DNA from: Minisyncoccota bacterium
Lineage (GTDB): Bacteria > Patescibacteriota > Minisyncoccia > Phycocordibacterales > UBA9973
Assembly (NCBI GenBank): GCA_030157745.1
Contig: JAOAUE010000027.1
Coordinates: forward strand, 1,314-47,665
DNA: 46,352 bases
Direction: 5' to 3'
The notes under the pieces are model-generated. The model worked only from the letters and a program-made list of their open reading frames with translations, did no database searches and was not told the origin of the DNA. The position numbers and the translations under genes are program-made. Below, in pieces: positions 1 to 9,104 of the stretch. Position 1 is the first letter of the stretch; every line of letters starts with the position of its first letter.

Positions 1-1044
1 AAAAAAATATTTGTCGGTATTTCAGGCGGAGTAGATAGCTCTGTTGTTGCTTATTTGCTCAAAAAACAAGGCTATGACGTGCATGGCATATTTGTAAAGA
101 CTTGGGCACCAGATTGGCTTCCTTGTACTTGGGTAGATGAAAAGCGTGACGCAATGCGAGTCTGCGCATCTCTTGATATACCATTTCATTTCCTAGACGC
201 TGAAGAAGAATATAAAAAAGGTGTAGCAGACTACATGGTAGCTGAATACAGGGCAGGCAGAACTCCAAATCCAGATGTACTGTGCAATCGTGTTATCAAG
301 TTTGGCGCTATGTGGCAGTATGCTAGAGAGCATGGTGCTGACGCTGTTGCTACAGGACATTACGCACAAACTGATGGAAAACATTTGATGAAAGGCTTTG
401 ATGATTCAAAAGATCAAAGTTACTTTCTTTGGATGATAAGTAAAGATGAACTGGAACACATCATGCTTCCAATAGGACATTTAGAGAAGCCTGAAGTTCG
501 CAAGATCGCTGAGAAGGCAAAGCTTTTCACAAGTGACAAAAAAGACAGCCAAGGTATTTGCTTTTTGGGTGATGTTGATATGAGAGAATTCCTCGCTCAC
601 TATATAGAACAAAAAAGTGGACCAGTTATTGATACTAACGGAGAAATAGTAGGTGAGCATGATGGAGTCTGGTTTTATACATTAGGAGAGAGACATGGTT
701 TCAAAGTAACCAAACAAACTACAGACCAAAAGCCTTATTATATAGTTGCTAAAGATATAGAAAAAAATACTCTGATAGTTTCTCACAACCCAAAAACAAA
801 TCTAAATGAAAAAGAAAAGCAAATCATAACTCTACGAGATACCAACTGGTTTTTTGACTTAGAGGAATTAAAAGAGGGTATAACCGCACAAATCCGTTAT
901 CACGGAGAGTTTATCCCAGCAAAGGTAATAAGTGCTGAGACTATTGAGCTCTCTTATTCTGGAACTATTGCCGAAGGACAGTCTTTGGTTTTGTATCATG
1001 GCGACAAAGTTGTCGGCGGAGGTGTAATAGAGAAAATATCATAG
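1..1044 (+). CDS. mnmA: tRNA-specific 2-thiouridylase MnmA; the 5' end runs off the window
   Basis: Frame 1 is open from nt 1. It reads KKIFVGISGGVDSSVVAYLL (PP-loop SGGxDS motif) and joins tracked ORF 55..1044. The rest matches the MnmA family pattern (CNRVIKF, DQSYFL, GICF). Confidence 0.9.
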   Translation, partial: KKIFVGISGGVDSSVVAYLLKKQGYDVHGIFVKTWAPDWLPCTWVDEKRDAMRVCASLDIPFHFLDAEEEYKKGVADYMVAEYRAGRTPNPDVLCNRVIKFGAMWQYAREHGADAVATGHYAQTDGKHLMKGFDDSKDQSYFLWMISKDELEHIMLPIGHLEKPEVRKIAEKAKLFTSDKKDSQGICFLGDVDMREFLAHYIEQKSGPVIDTNGEIVGEHDGVWFYTLGERHGFKVTKQTTDQKPYYIVAKDIEKNTLIVSHNPKTNLNEKEKQIITLRDTNWFFDLEELKEGITAQIRYHGEFIPAKVISAETIELSYSGTIAEGQSLVLYHGDKVVGGGVIEKIS

Positions 1045-1059
1045 TATACTTATATTCAT

Positions 1060-1536
1060 ATGCAACAAATTTTTAATATTTTAGGGGCTGATGTTTTTGT
1101 AAGTCTTTTTATCGCTATGGGTCTCGGTATTGCTATAGGAGTCGAGAGGTACTTGGCAGGTAAAACTGCTGGAGTGCGTACTTATACTCTTGTTTCTATG
1201 GGCTCAGCACTCTTTGTGATTATTTCTCAAATCATTACTTCAAGGTTTGCAGGACAAACTTTTGATCCTATGAGAATGGCAGCTCAGATAATCGCAGCTG
1301 TTGGTTTCCTAGGTGTTGGAGCTATTTTCCACAAAGACAACCAAGTTAGTGGTGTTACAACTGCAGCAGGGCTATGGGTTTCAGCGGGAGTAGGTATGGC
1401 TTGTGGCTTTGGACTATATTCTTTGGCTATTATGGCAACACTTCTGACCCTTTTTACTTTTATTGTTCTATGGTTTATCGAAAAACAGATCCGCAAGTTC
1501 TCTCGCCAAGACGACACAACAAACCATTCTCTTTAA
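1060..1536 (+). CDS. MgtC/SapB family membrane protein
   Basis: 158 aa with multiple TM segments. The GIAIGVERYLAGKTAGVRTYTLVSMGSALF stretch is typical of the MgtC N-terminal domain. Confidence 0.75.
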   Translation: MQQIFNILGADVFVSLFIAMGLGIAIGVERYLAGKTAGVRTYTLVSMGSALFVIISQIITSRFAGQTFDPMRMAAQIIAAVGFLGVGAIFHKDNQVSGVTTAAGLWVSAGVGMACGFGLYSLAIMATLLTLFTFIVLWFIEKQIRKFSRQDDTTNHSL

Positions 1537-1584
1537 TATAGACAAAAAACCTATATTTGTTAGGATGTATACAAACTTATCTAT

Positions 1585-1833
1585 ATGCCTATTTTAAATA
1601 AAGGTTTTTTACCACCTTCTCGGGTTAATATTGATAACCTCAAGAAGTTATCAGAAGACTTCAGGCCTAATCACTGCTCTTTTAGCTTAGCATTGAACAT
1701 TGATTCATCACCTGAAGCTATTTACGCCGCTGGCGCTAAGCTGACAATGGACCTAAAGAAATTTTCAGAAAGTGGTTTTACAGATGAATCAATAGGGTTG
1801 AAGCCTATAACGAGTAGTTTTTTTAAAGAGTAG
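1585..1833 (+). CDS. hypothetical protein (82 aa)
   Basis: ORF track only. It is followed by a hairpin plus T-run near 1836-1860. I recognise no motif. Confidence 0.4.
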   Translation: MPILNKGFLPPSRVNIDNLKKLSEDFRPNHCSFSLALNIDSSPEAIYAAGAKLTMDLKKFSESGFTDESIGLKPITSSFFKE

Positions 1834-1887
1834 CCGGTTTCTGGTTACCCTTTTTTTATTACTTTTTTTTTGCTAAAGTAAGACTAT

Positions 1888-3636
1888 ATGACATCCTCTG
1901 AGATCAGAAAACGGTTTTTGGACTTTTTTGCCAAGCGTGGACATGCAATTTTGCCTAGTGCGCCGTTAGTACCCAAAAACGATCCGTCAGTACTTTTCAA
2001 CACTGCTGGTATGCAACCGCTTGTGCCTTTTCTTATGGGCGAAAAGCATCCATTAGGAAATCGTCTAGCGAGTTGTCAAAAGTGTGTTCGCACTGTAGAT
2101 ATTGAAGAAGTAGGGAATCATAAAAATTTAAGTTTTTTTGAAATGCTTGGCAACTGGTCACTCGGCTCATATTTTAAAGAAGAATCCATTGGTTGGAGTT
2201 ATGAGTTCCTAACTTCAAAAGAAGAAGGGCTCGGTTTAGATCCAAAGCGCCTATATGTCACTGTTTTTGAAGGCGACGAAGACGCACCAAGAGATATGGA
2301 GGCGGTAGAGATATGGAAAAAATTTATTCCGGAAAATCGCATATATTTCCTCCCGAAGAAAAACAACTGGTGGAGCCCAGGAGACAATGGCCCGTGCGGA
2401 CCTGATACTGAAATGTTTTATGATGTAACCGAGAAAGGTCTTGGGGACTTAACTCATGAAGAATATGTGGTAGCTGATGACAAGGGTGAGGTTGTTGAGA
2501 TTTGGAACAACGTCTTCATGGAGTACGAAAAGAAAGACGGGAAAGTCATCGGCAAACTCCAGCAAAAAAATGTAGACACTGGTAGCGGGCTGGAGCGAGT
2601 TACGATGCTTATGCAAGGTAAAAGAAATGTCTATGAATCAGATGTTTTTGCTCCTGCTATGGAGTTTATTGAACTTAATACAAAAGGCATCCCTGATGAG
2701 CGCAGTGCACGTATTATTGCTGACCACACTCGTTCTGCAACTATGCTAATAGCTGATGGAGTAGTACCTTCGAACAAAGATCAAGGTTATGTACTTCGAA
2801 GATTTATTCGTAGGGCAGTAGTTCAAGCCAAAAACATTGGTTTTTCTTATGAACTTCTTGGAGTATTACAAAGTGGCTTTATGGCAAAGTACGAAGACGT
2901 ATATCCAGAACTCAAAGAAAATGTAGACGCACAAAAAGAAATATTTAATAAAGAAGTAGAAAAGTTCATCAAAACTCTTGAGGCAGGGCTGAAAGAGTTT
3001 GAAAAAGGAACTGATCCTTTTATACTAGCTACTACTTATGGTTTTCCTATTGAAGTCACCGAAGAAATAGCCAAAGAAAAAGGTATAACTATAGACAGAG
3101 CCGATTTTGATCAAAAAATGAAAGCTCACCAAGAAGCATCTCGCGCTGGAGCAGAGCAAAAGTTCAAAGGAGGTCTTGCAAACACCAGCGAACAAACAAC
3201 CCGTCTTCACACAGCTCACCATTTACTATTAAAGGCTCTACAAGAAGTTGTCAGTCCTGACATTCACCAAAAAGGCTCAAATATCACCGAAGAGCGACTG
3301 CGTATAGACTTTAACTTTGATAGAAAACTGACAGAAGAAGAAAAGAGTGCAGTAGAGAACAAAGTAAACGAGTGGATAAGGCAAGATTTGAAGGTAGTAA
3401 AAAGAGAAATGCCACGAGAAGATGCAGAGAAGCTCGGCGCGGAAATGGAGTTTGGAGTCAAATATCCAGAGGTTGTTTCTGTTTACTTTATTGAAGATGT
3501 AAATGGAAATACTGTATCAAAAGAATTTTGTGGTGGTCCGCATGTAGAGCGCATAGGGACATTGGGAACTTTCAAAATCCAAAAAGAAGAGGCTTCTTCA
3601 GCTGGAGTGCGTCGTATCAAAGCCATTCTAAGTTAA
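1888..3636 (+). CDS. alaS: alanine--tRNA ligase, short form (582 aa)
   Basis: The N-terminus IRKRFLDFFAKRGHAILPSAPLVPKNDPSVLFNTAGMQP and the FFEMLGNWS, GPCGPDTE and DTGSGLER motifs mark the class II AlaRS core. The editing-site metal motifs HTAHHLL and CGGPHV are also present. Confidence 0.95.
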   Translation: MTSSEIRKRFLDFFAKRGHAILPSAPLVPKNDPSVLFNTAGMQPLVPFLMGEKHPLGNRLASCQKCVRTVDIEEVGNHKNLSFFEMLGNWSLGSYFKEESIGWSYEFLTSKEEGLGLDPKRLYVTVFEGDEDAPRDMEAVEIWKKFIPENRIYFLPKKNNWWSPGDNGPCGPDTEMFYDVTEKGLGDLTHEEYVVADDKGEVVEIWNNVFMEYEKKDGKVIGKLQQKNVDTGSGLERVTMLMQGKRNVYESDVFAPAMEFIELNTKGIPDERSARIIADHTRSATMLIADGVVPSNKDQGYVLRRFIRRAVVQAKNIGFSYELLGVLQSGFMAKYEDVYPELKENVDAQKEIFNKEVEKFIKTLEAGLKEFEKGTDPFILATTYGFPIEVTEEIAKEKGITIDRADFDQKMKAHQEASRAGAEQKFKGGLANTSEQTTRLHTAHHLLLKALQEVVSPDIHQKGSNITEERLRIDFNFDRKLTEEEKSAVENKVNEWIRQDLKVVKREMPREDAEKLGAEMEFGVKYPEVVSVYFIEDVNGNTVSKEFCGGPHVERIGTLGTFKIQKEEASSAGVRRIKAILS

Positions 3637-3638
3637 AC

Positions 3639-3718
3639 AAAAAATAACATTGATTTTATTAGCGAGAACTGTTTGAGCAAAGCGAGTTTTCGAGATAGTA
3701 AAATCAATGTTATTTTTT
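3639..3718. repeat. long palindromic element / bidirectional terminator with conserved core (copy 1)
   Basis: Perfect 20-nt arms lie at 3639-3658 and 3699-3718. The core is GAGAACTGTTTGAG (3664-3677) and CGAGTTTTCGAGA (3683-3695). The same two core blocks recur at 36319-36362. Confidence 0.8.
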
Positions 3719-3752
3719 ATTCTCAAAGCAACTGATGCTATAATATAAACAC

Positions 3753-4925
3753 ATGTCTAAACAAAACGGCAAAATTATTCCTGTTGCGATTTTTGATATT
3801 AGTTCTAGCTCTGTCGCTGGGTCACATACACTAATAAACAAGACCGGAGAAGGCAAATCAAATGTTTCTTTTTTAGCAAGTTCTAGAAAATTTTTAGAAC
3901 CAAAGGAAGATATAGATATAGCTCGCTTTGTCTCTGACAACCTGGCATCCCTAGAGTCTGTCATAGCAACCTTACAAAAGGCTGATAACCACAAACCAAA
4001 AGAAGTCTTTGTCTTACTTAGCTCTCCTTGGTTCGTTTCGCAAACTAGAAATATAGTCTACACCAAGACTAGTCCCTTTGTTTGTACCCAAAAACTGATA
4101 GATTCTTTGATCCAAAAAGAAATAGACTTCGTTGTTGAGCATGATATGGAGAGATTTGGCTCTATGGGTACCGACGGCAAAATAATAGAGAAACAAATAT
4201 CAAAAATAACTCTAAACGGCTACGCTACCAACAATCCCTTTAACAAAAAAACAACAAGTCTAGAAATTTCTATACTAGTTACTGTTTCTCCGAACAAAAT
4301 AGTAAAAGAATTTATTTCAAAAATACAAAAAGCTTACGGTAGACCAAAGATAACTTTTGCGACTAGTCCATATGCTACGTTTATAGCAACCAGAGACTTC
4401 AATAATGCTCCAGAGGAGCTTTTGATAATAGACGCAGGAGAAGAAACTACAGACATAGCATTTATAAAAAACCATATTTTCCTTTATCAGCAGTCTTTCC
4501 CAATTGGATTTTATGAGCTTTATAGGAAAATATCAGCCTCAAATCACGGGACATTACTTGAAACTAGGGCATTAGTAGAAACATTCAGACTAGGCAAACT
4601 CTCTGCACAAATAACAAGCAACTTACAAAAAATAACCGAAGACTTCGGTGAAGCTTGGGGCAATAAACTCAAAGAGAGTTTGCAAATCTCTCAAAATTTT
4701 AAAATACCTGAGAATATTTATATTATTTCTATGGCGCCATTTACTTCTTTTTTCTTATCTTATGTAAAAAATAGTGAATTCATAAAAAATTTCATTTCAG
4801 GAACAAAACCAAATACCTCTGAAGTAGAGTCAACACTCTTCACTAGCCATATAAGCTCTATAGACCCTGAAAATATCGACAACACACTGACAGTCGGAGC
4901 ATTGTTTGCATCTAGAGTCCTATAA
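3753..4925 (+). CDS. actin-like ATPase fold protein (PilM/FtsA-like)
   Basis: VAIFDISSSSVAGS resembles the phosphate-1 motif of PilM/FtsA. LIIDAGEETTDIAFI resembles the DxGxxxTD phosphate-2 motif. The family call is tentative. Confidence 0.5.
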   Translation: MSKQNGKIIPVAIFDISSSSVAGSHTLINKTGEGKSNVSFLASSRKFLEPKEDIDIARFVSDNLASLESVIATLQKADNHKPKEVFVLLSSPWFVSQTRNIVYTKTSPFVCTQKLIDSLIQKEIDFVVEHDMERFGSMGTDGKIIEKQISKITLNGYATNNPFNKKTTSLEISILVTVSPNKIVKEFISKIQKAYGRPKITFATSPYATFIATRDFNNAPEELLIIDAGEETTDIAFIKNHIFLYQQSFPIGFYELYRKISASNHGTLLETRALVETFRLGKLSAQITSNLQKITEDFGEAWGNKLKESLQISQNFKIPENIYIISMAPFTSFFLSYVKNSEFIKNFISGTKPNTSEVESTLFTSHISSIDPENIDNTLTVGALFASRVL

Positions 4926-4935
4926 AAAACATATT

Positions 4936-6183
4936 ATGAAACTCTATGATGTCATCAGAAAAGAAAAGCTACCGGAGAAGGCCTCAGAAGAGCCTAGAGA
5001 AGAGTTTGTATTTGAAAACAAACCAAAACCAACAACCAGACGTAAGAAGATTATTTTCTTTGCTCTAGTTAGTATCTTTGTTTGCCTGATTTATATATTG
5101 GGAGTAAAGCTTGTTAGAGCAAAAGTTACGATTCATGAACGTAGTATCCCTTTTAATATAGAAAACACGATCATAGAACTCCCTCATGAAAAAAACAGTG
5201 ACCCAAAAAGGCTTTCATTCCAAACAATGACTATTCAAAGCGAGATAAATAGAGAAATATTTGGATCAGAACTTACCCAGATAACAGGCAAAGCAAAAGG
5301 TAGCGTCATTTTTATCAATGAATACTCAAAATCTTCTATAACACTAAAAAGTGGAACAAAACTTATAGGCCAAAATGGCAAAACATACCAAACAAACCAA
5401 AGCGTAGTTATACCTGGCTATACAATAGACGCAAAAAAGAAGAAAGTCTCCGGCGCCTCTAGTTCTGTCGTTATTACAGCCGTAGAAACAGGACCAAATT
5501 CAAACTCAAAAGGTATGTCTTTGAGTATTTCTGGATACAGCGGGTCAAAAAAGTCTCAAGTTTACGCTAGAACAGTAGGAGAGTTGCTAGGAGGTGAGTC
5601 AGGAATGCGACACACAATATCAGAAGCTGAACGCGAAGGAGTTGTCGAGTCTCTCAAAACCCAGCTTTCTGAGAGGCTACGTCGAGAAACAAGAGCACAA
5701 GTCCCTAGTGGTTTTATTACTTACCCAGACCTACAGTTTATTTCTATAGATCCAGATAGTCTAAGTCTTTCAGGGGAGGGTGTGAAATTTAGCGCAAAAA
5801 TAAAAGGCACTATGGTTTCTTATCTAATCCCTCAGAGTTTACTGGAGAGTGCTATAGCCAAAGAAGTTCTTAGTGATTCTTCTTATAGAGAAGTGGCTAT
5901 ACCTAACATAAGTGATTTGGATGTTTCTCCCGAAAGCGCTATACCGGCGAACTCTGGAACACCACCGAACAGTATTTCTATAAAGATCTCTGGTAGTGGC
6001 AATATCATTACCAAAGCTTCAAAAGAGCTTATAAAACAAGCTCTTATTGGAACTAGTAGGAATAAATTTGATTCTTTAATAGCAAATTTTCAAGAGATAG
6101 AATCAGCCGAATTTAAGCTTATTCCTTTTTGGTCTCCATTTTTCCCAAATCAAGATAGACTTTTCAACATAGAAACCAAATAA
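4936..6183 (+). CDS. membrane-anchored hypothetical protein
   Basis: The ORF track gives 4906..6183. I prefer the ATG at 4936 (MKLYDV) because it does not overlap the upstream gene. A single N-terminal TM (IIFFALVSIFVCLIYILGV) precedes a large extracytoplasmic part. Confidence 0.55.
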   Translation: MKLYDVIRKEKLPEKASEEPREEFVFENKPKPTTRRKKIIFFALVSIFVCLIYILGVKLVRAKVTIHERSIPFNIENTIIELPHEKNSDPKRLSFQTMTIQSEINREIFGSELTQITGKAKGSVIFINEYSKSSITLKSGTKLIGQNGKTYQTNQSVVIPGYTIDAKKKKVSGASSSVVITAVETGPNSNSKGMSLSISGYSGSKKSQVYARTVGELLGGESGMRHTISEAEREGVVESLKTQLSERLRRETRAQVPSGFITYPDLQFISIDPDSLSLSGEGVKFSAKIKGTMVSYLIPQSLLESAIAKEVLSDSSYREVAIPNISDLDVSPESAIPANSGTPPNSISIKISGSGNIITKASKELIKQALIGTSRNKFDSLIANFQEIESAEFKLIPFWSPFFPNQDRLFNIETK

Positions 6184-6229
6184 AGTTTGACCTTTTTTTG
6201 GCTTTGTAGTATATTGTCTTTTGTAACTC

Positions 6230-6439
6230 ATGACAGATCAGCCAAATGTTGTTAAGGGCACTATTTTAGAAGCTCTGCCAAATACTATGTTTCGAGTTGA
6301 ACTCGATACTGGGGCTACCCAAGTGGCTTATTTAGCTGGAAAAATGAGATTAAATCGTATCAAGGTTTTAGTGGGAGATACTGTTGAGGTACTCCAAGAC
6401 CCGTACGGTGGAAAAGGACGTATTGTCAGAAGAATGTAA
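6230..6439 (+). CDS. infA: translation initiation factor IF-1
   Basis: 69 aa with an S1-like fold pattern: GTILEALPNTMFRVELDTG...LAGKMRLNRIKVLVGDTVEV. Confidence 0.95.
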   Translation: MTDQPNVVKGTILEALPNTMFRVELDTGATQVAYLAGKMRLNRIKVLVGDTVEVLQDPYGGKGRIVRRM

Positions 6440-6485
6440 ATAGTATATAATAGCCCTCTCTGACCGAGAAACCTTTCCTATTTTT

Positions 6486-6596
6486 ATGAAAATAAGATCA
6501 ACTGTAAAAAAAATGTGTGCTAAGTGTAAGATTGTTAAACGCAATCGCCATTTAGTTGTTATTTGCGAAAATCCAAAGCACAAACAAAAACAATAA
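6486..6596 (+). CDS. rpmJ: 50S ribosomal protein L36
   Basis: Found by hand because it is below the ORF-track cutoff. It reads [36 protein letters not shown] and sits in the canonical position between infA and rpsM. Confidence 0.9.
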   Translation: MKIRSTVKKMCAKCKIVKRNRHLVVICENPKHKQKQ

Positions 6597-6600
6597 TATT

Positions 6601-6981
6601 ATGCGTATTTTAGGTATAAACATTCCAAATGAAAAGCGACTAGATATTGGGCTTACAAGTCTCTATGGTGTTGGCTCAGCTACAGCTCTCAAAGTTTTAA
6701 AACAAGTTAAGGTTGATCCTAGCACAAAAAGTAAAGACCTTTCGATAGACCAAGAAAATGCTATCAGAAAATTGATAGAAGAAATGACTATAGAAGGTAA
6801 CCTCCGCCGAGAAATAGCTTCAAATGTAAAAAGACTAAAGGATATCAAAGCTTACAGAGGTATCCGCCACATGAGAAAGCTTCCTGTAAAAGGGCAACGA
6901 ACAAAAACAAACTCTAGAACTGTTCGAGGAAACGTAAGAAACACAATGGCCTCAGGTCGTCGTAAAGAAAGTAAAACATAA
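6601..6981 (+). CDS. rpsM: 30S ribosomal protein S13
   Basis: MRILGINIPNEKRLDIGLTSLYGVGSATA. Start moved from the tracked 6556 to the ATG at 6601, after the rpmJ stop. Confidence 0.95.
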   Translation: MRILGINIPNEKRLDIGLTSLYGVGSATALKVLKQVKVDPSTKSKDLSIDQENAIRKLIEEMTIEGNLRREIASNVKRLKDIKAYRGIRHMRKLPVKGQRTKTNSRTVRGNVRNTMASGRRKESKT

Positions 6982-6987
6982 AAAATC

Positions 6988-7419
6988 ATGGGAAAAAAAC
7001 GAATTGCAACTCAAGAAGGACAACTGGTGGACGCGAAGGCGCGTTCTTCTACAGCGCGCGGAGCTAAGAAAAAGCTCGTTACTTGCATGCTTTCTATCGA
7101 ATCAACCTTCAACAACACAAAAGCTGTTGTTTCTGACCTCAAAGGAAACGTTCTCTTTTGGTCTTCTTCTGGCTCACTAGGATTTAAAGGTGCTAAAAAG
7201 GGTACTCCTTTCGCTGCTTCAAAAGTAGGAGAAATCTTGGCTGAAAAAGCAGTAACTGCTGGCATAAAAGAAGTTCACGCAGTTGTAACTGGAGTAGGTT
7301 CAGGTCGCGAACCACTTATCCGTGCCTTTGTAGCCCCTGGTATCGATCTTCTTTCTATAAAAGACCGAACACCGGTGCCACACAACGGTCCAAAGCCTAA
7401 GAAACCTCGAAGAGTATAA
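6988..7419 (+). CDS. rpsK: 30S ribosomal protein S11
   Basis: STFNNTKAVVSDLKGNVLFWSSSG..KGAKKGTPFAA is an S11 signature. The operon position also fits. Confidence 0.95.
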   Translation: MGKKRIATQEGQLVDAKARSSTARGAKKKLVTCMLSIESTFNNTKAVVSDLKGNVLFWSSSGSLGFKGAKKGTPFAASKVGEILAEKAVTAGIKEVHAVVTGVGSGREPLIRAFVAPGIDLLSIKDRTPVPHNGPKPKKPRRV

Positions 7420-7423
7420 ACAT

Positions 7424-8035
7424 ATGAAAACAATTGCAAAATACAAAATGTGTCGTCGTTTAGGAGCAGGAGTGTTTGAGAAGTGTCAAACACAAAAATT
7501 CGCTGCTGTCGAACAAAAAACAGTTAGAGGCGGAGCAAACGCAAAGCGTCCAAAGGCTCTATCTGGTTTCGGTCTTCAACTTCTTGAAAAACAAAAAGTT
7601 AGATTTACTTATGGTATCAGTGAAAAGCAACTACAAAACTACGTGAAAGCTTCTTCTACTGCAAAAGATATGTCAGTAACTGACAAACTAAATGAGCTCC
7701 TCGAAACTCGTCTCGATAATGTTATCTATCGTCTTGGCTTTGCGCCAACTCGTAGACAAGCTCGTCAAATGGCTTCTCACGGACACTTCACAGTAAACGG
7801 TAAAAAGTCAACTATTCCATCTCAACATCTCCACACTGGAGACATTGTGGCAGTGCGAGAAGGAAGTCGTGGATCAGCACTTTTTGCTGATTACGTAAAA
7901 AATATGAAAGATAGAAACTACCCATCTTGGCTTAAACTCTCTCCGGAACAAATGCAAGCTGAAGTAGTTTCAAAGCCAAAAAACGAGGAGCAATTCCTCA
8001 AATTTGAAACTGTGCTTGAGTTCTATAGTCGTTAA
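7424..8035 (+). CDS. rpsD: 30S ribosomal protein S4
   Basis: The YGISEKQL, RLDNVIYRLGFAPTRRQARQMASHGHFTVNG stretch is the S4 RNA-binding domain. Confidence 0.95.
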   Translation: MKTIAKYKMCRRLGAGVFEKCQTQKFAAVEQKTVRGGANAKRPKALSGFGLQLLEKQKVRFTYGISEKQLQNYVKASSTAKDMSVTDKLNELLETRLDNVIYRLGFAPTRRQARQMASHGHFTVNGKKSTIPSQHLHTGDIVAVREGSRGSALFADYVKNMKDRNYPSWLKLSPEQMQAEVVSKPKNEEQFLKFETVLEFYSR

Positions 8036-8084
8036 TAAAGCATAAACTTGCAAAAATTACAAAATAATTGTATTATTTAAAACC

Positions 8085-9080
8085 ATGAGCCAGCAAACAA
8101 TCATACTTCCATCAAAACCAAAAGCAGTATTAGAAGAAGGATTTAAGGGCGTGTACGAGATAGACGGACTTGTTCCAGGATACGGATACACCCTTGGAAA
8201 CTCACTTCGCAGAATAATCTTATCTTCTCTTAGAGGTTCTGCAGCAACAGCTGTAAAAATAAACGGTGTTAGCCATGAATTCTCTACAATAGAAGGCGTT
8301 AAAGAAGACGTTATAACAATGCTTCTTAATATCAAAAATATTCGCTTCAACCTCTCTGGAGACGAAGCACAAAAAGTAACTCTTTCTGTAAAAGGACCAA
8401 AAGTTATAACTGCAAAAGACCTAAGTTCAAATGGTTCTGTAGAAGTTATCAACTCTGACCAATACATTTGCGAAATAACAGGCAAAGCAACTCTAGATAT
8501 CGAAATCACCATCGAAAAAGGTCTAGGATTTGTTCCTCGTGAACAACACCACAAGCAAAAAGCTGAGATTGGTACAATCTTTTTGGATGCCATCTTTTCA
8601 CCAATCCGCCGTGTATCTTACGACGTTGAAGAAATGCGTGTAGGGGACAAGACAAACTTCAATCGACTACGTATGACTATCGAAACAGATGGTTCTATCA
8701 CTCCACGCGAGGCTCTAGAGCAATCAGTCCACACTATGATTGAGCAACTAGCTGCTATTATTTCTGTTGATTCACAAAAGATAGTAGAAGAGATCCAAAT
8801 GTCTATCTCTACTCCAGCCTCTTCTGAAAAAGCTTCTATGACAGAAAAAGGTGAAGACGATGAAGATGTAGATGTAACTGATGTTTTGAAAAATCGCATC
8901 GACACTATCGGCCTTTCAACTCGTACACTTAACGCTCTCTCTGCTGCAAATATCCGAACAGTTGGAGGTATTGCTCGCAAGAAAGTTGAAGATCTCCTAG
9001 AGATAGACGGTATAGGGGACAAGGGTATTACTGAGATCAAAGAAGCACTTTCTGCTTTTAACTTGTCACTTAAGGATTAA
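8085..9080 (+). CDS. rpoA: DNA-directed RNA polymerase subunit alpha
   Basis: GYGYTLGNSLRRILLSS-type N-terminal domain. The C-terminal domain reads LSTRTLNALSAANIRTVGGI. Confidence 0.95.
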   Translation: MSQQTIILPSKPKAVLEEGFKGVYEIDGLVPGYGYTLGNSLRRIILSSLRGSAATAVKINGVSHEFSTIEGVKEDVITMLLNIKNIRFNLSGDEAQKVTLSVKGPKVITAKDLSSNGSVEVINSDQYICEITGKATLDIEITIEKGLGFVPREQHHKQKAEIGTIFLDAIFSPIRRVSYDVEEMRVGDKTNFNRLRMTIETDGSITPREALEQSVHTMIEQLAAIISVDSQKIVEEIQMSISTPASSEKASMTEKGEDDEDVDVTDVLKNRIDTIGLSTRTLNALSAANIRTVGGIARKKVEDLLEIDGIGDKGITEIKEALSAFNLSLKD

Positions 9081-9104
9081 TTTGTTAATGTAAGGAACAC
9101 AGAT

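Noticed and set aside
3664-3695. The core CUGUUUGAG-stem-CGAGUUUUC looked superficially like a hammerhead ribozyme core (CUGAUGAG-stem II-CGAAAC).
   Set aside because: The invariant CUGAUGA and GAAA boxes are not actually present (UUU replaces AU, and GAGUUUU replaces GAAA). The central stem is absent in copy 1.
8057-9040. Minus-strand ORFs of 178 aa and 140 aa overlapping rpoA.
   Set aside because: They are antisense shadows of a highly conserved gene. Their composition is biased (S/I/R-rich) and there are no independent signals.
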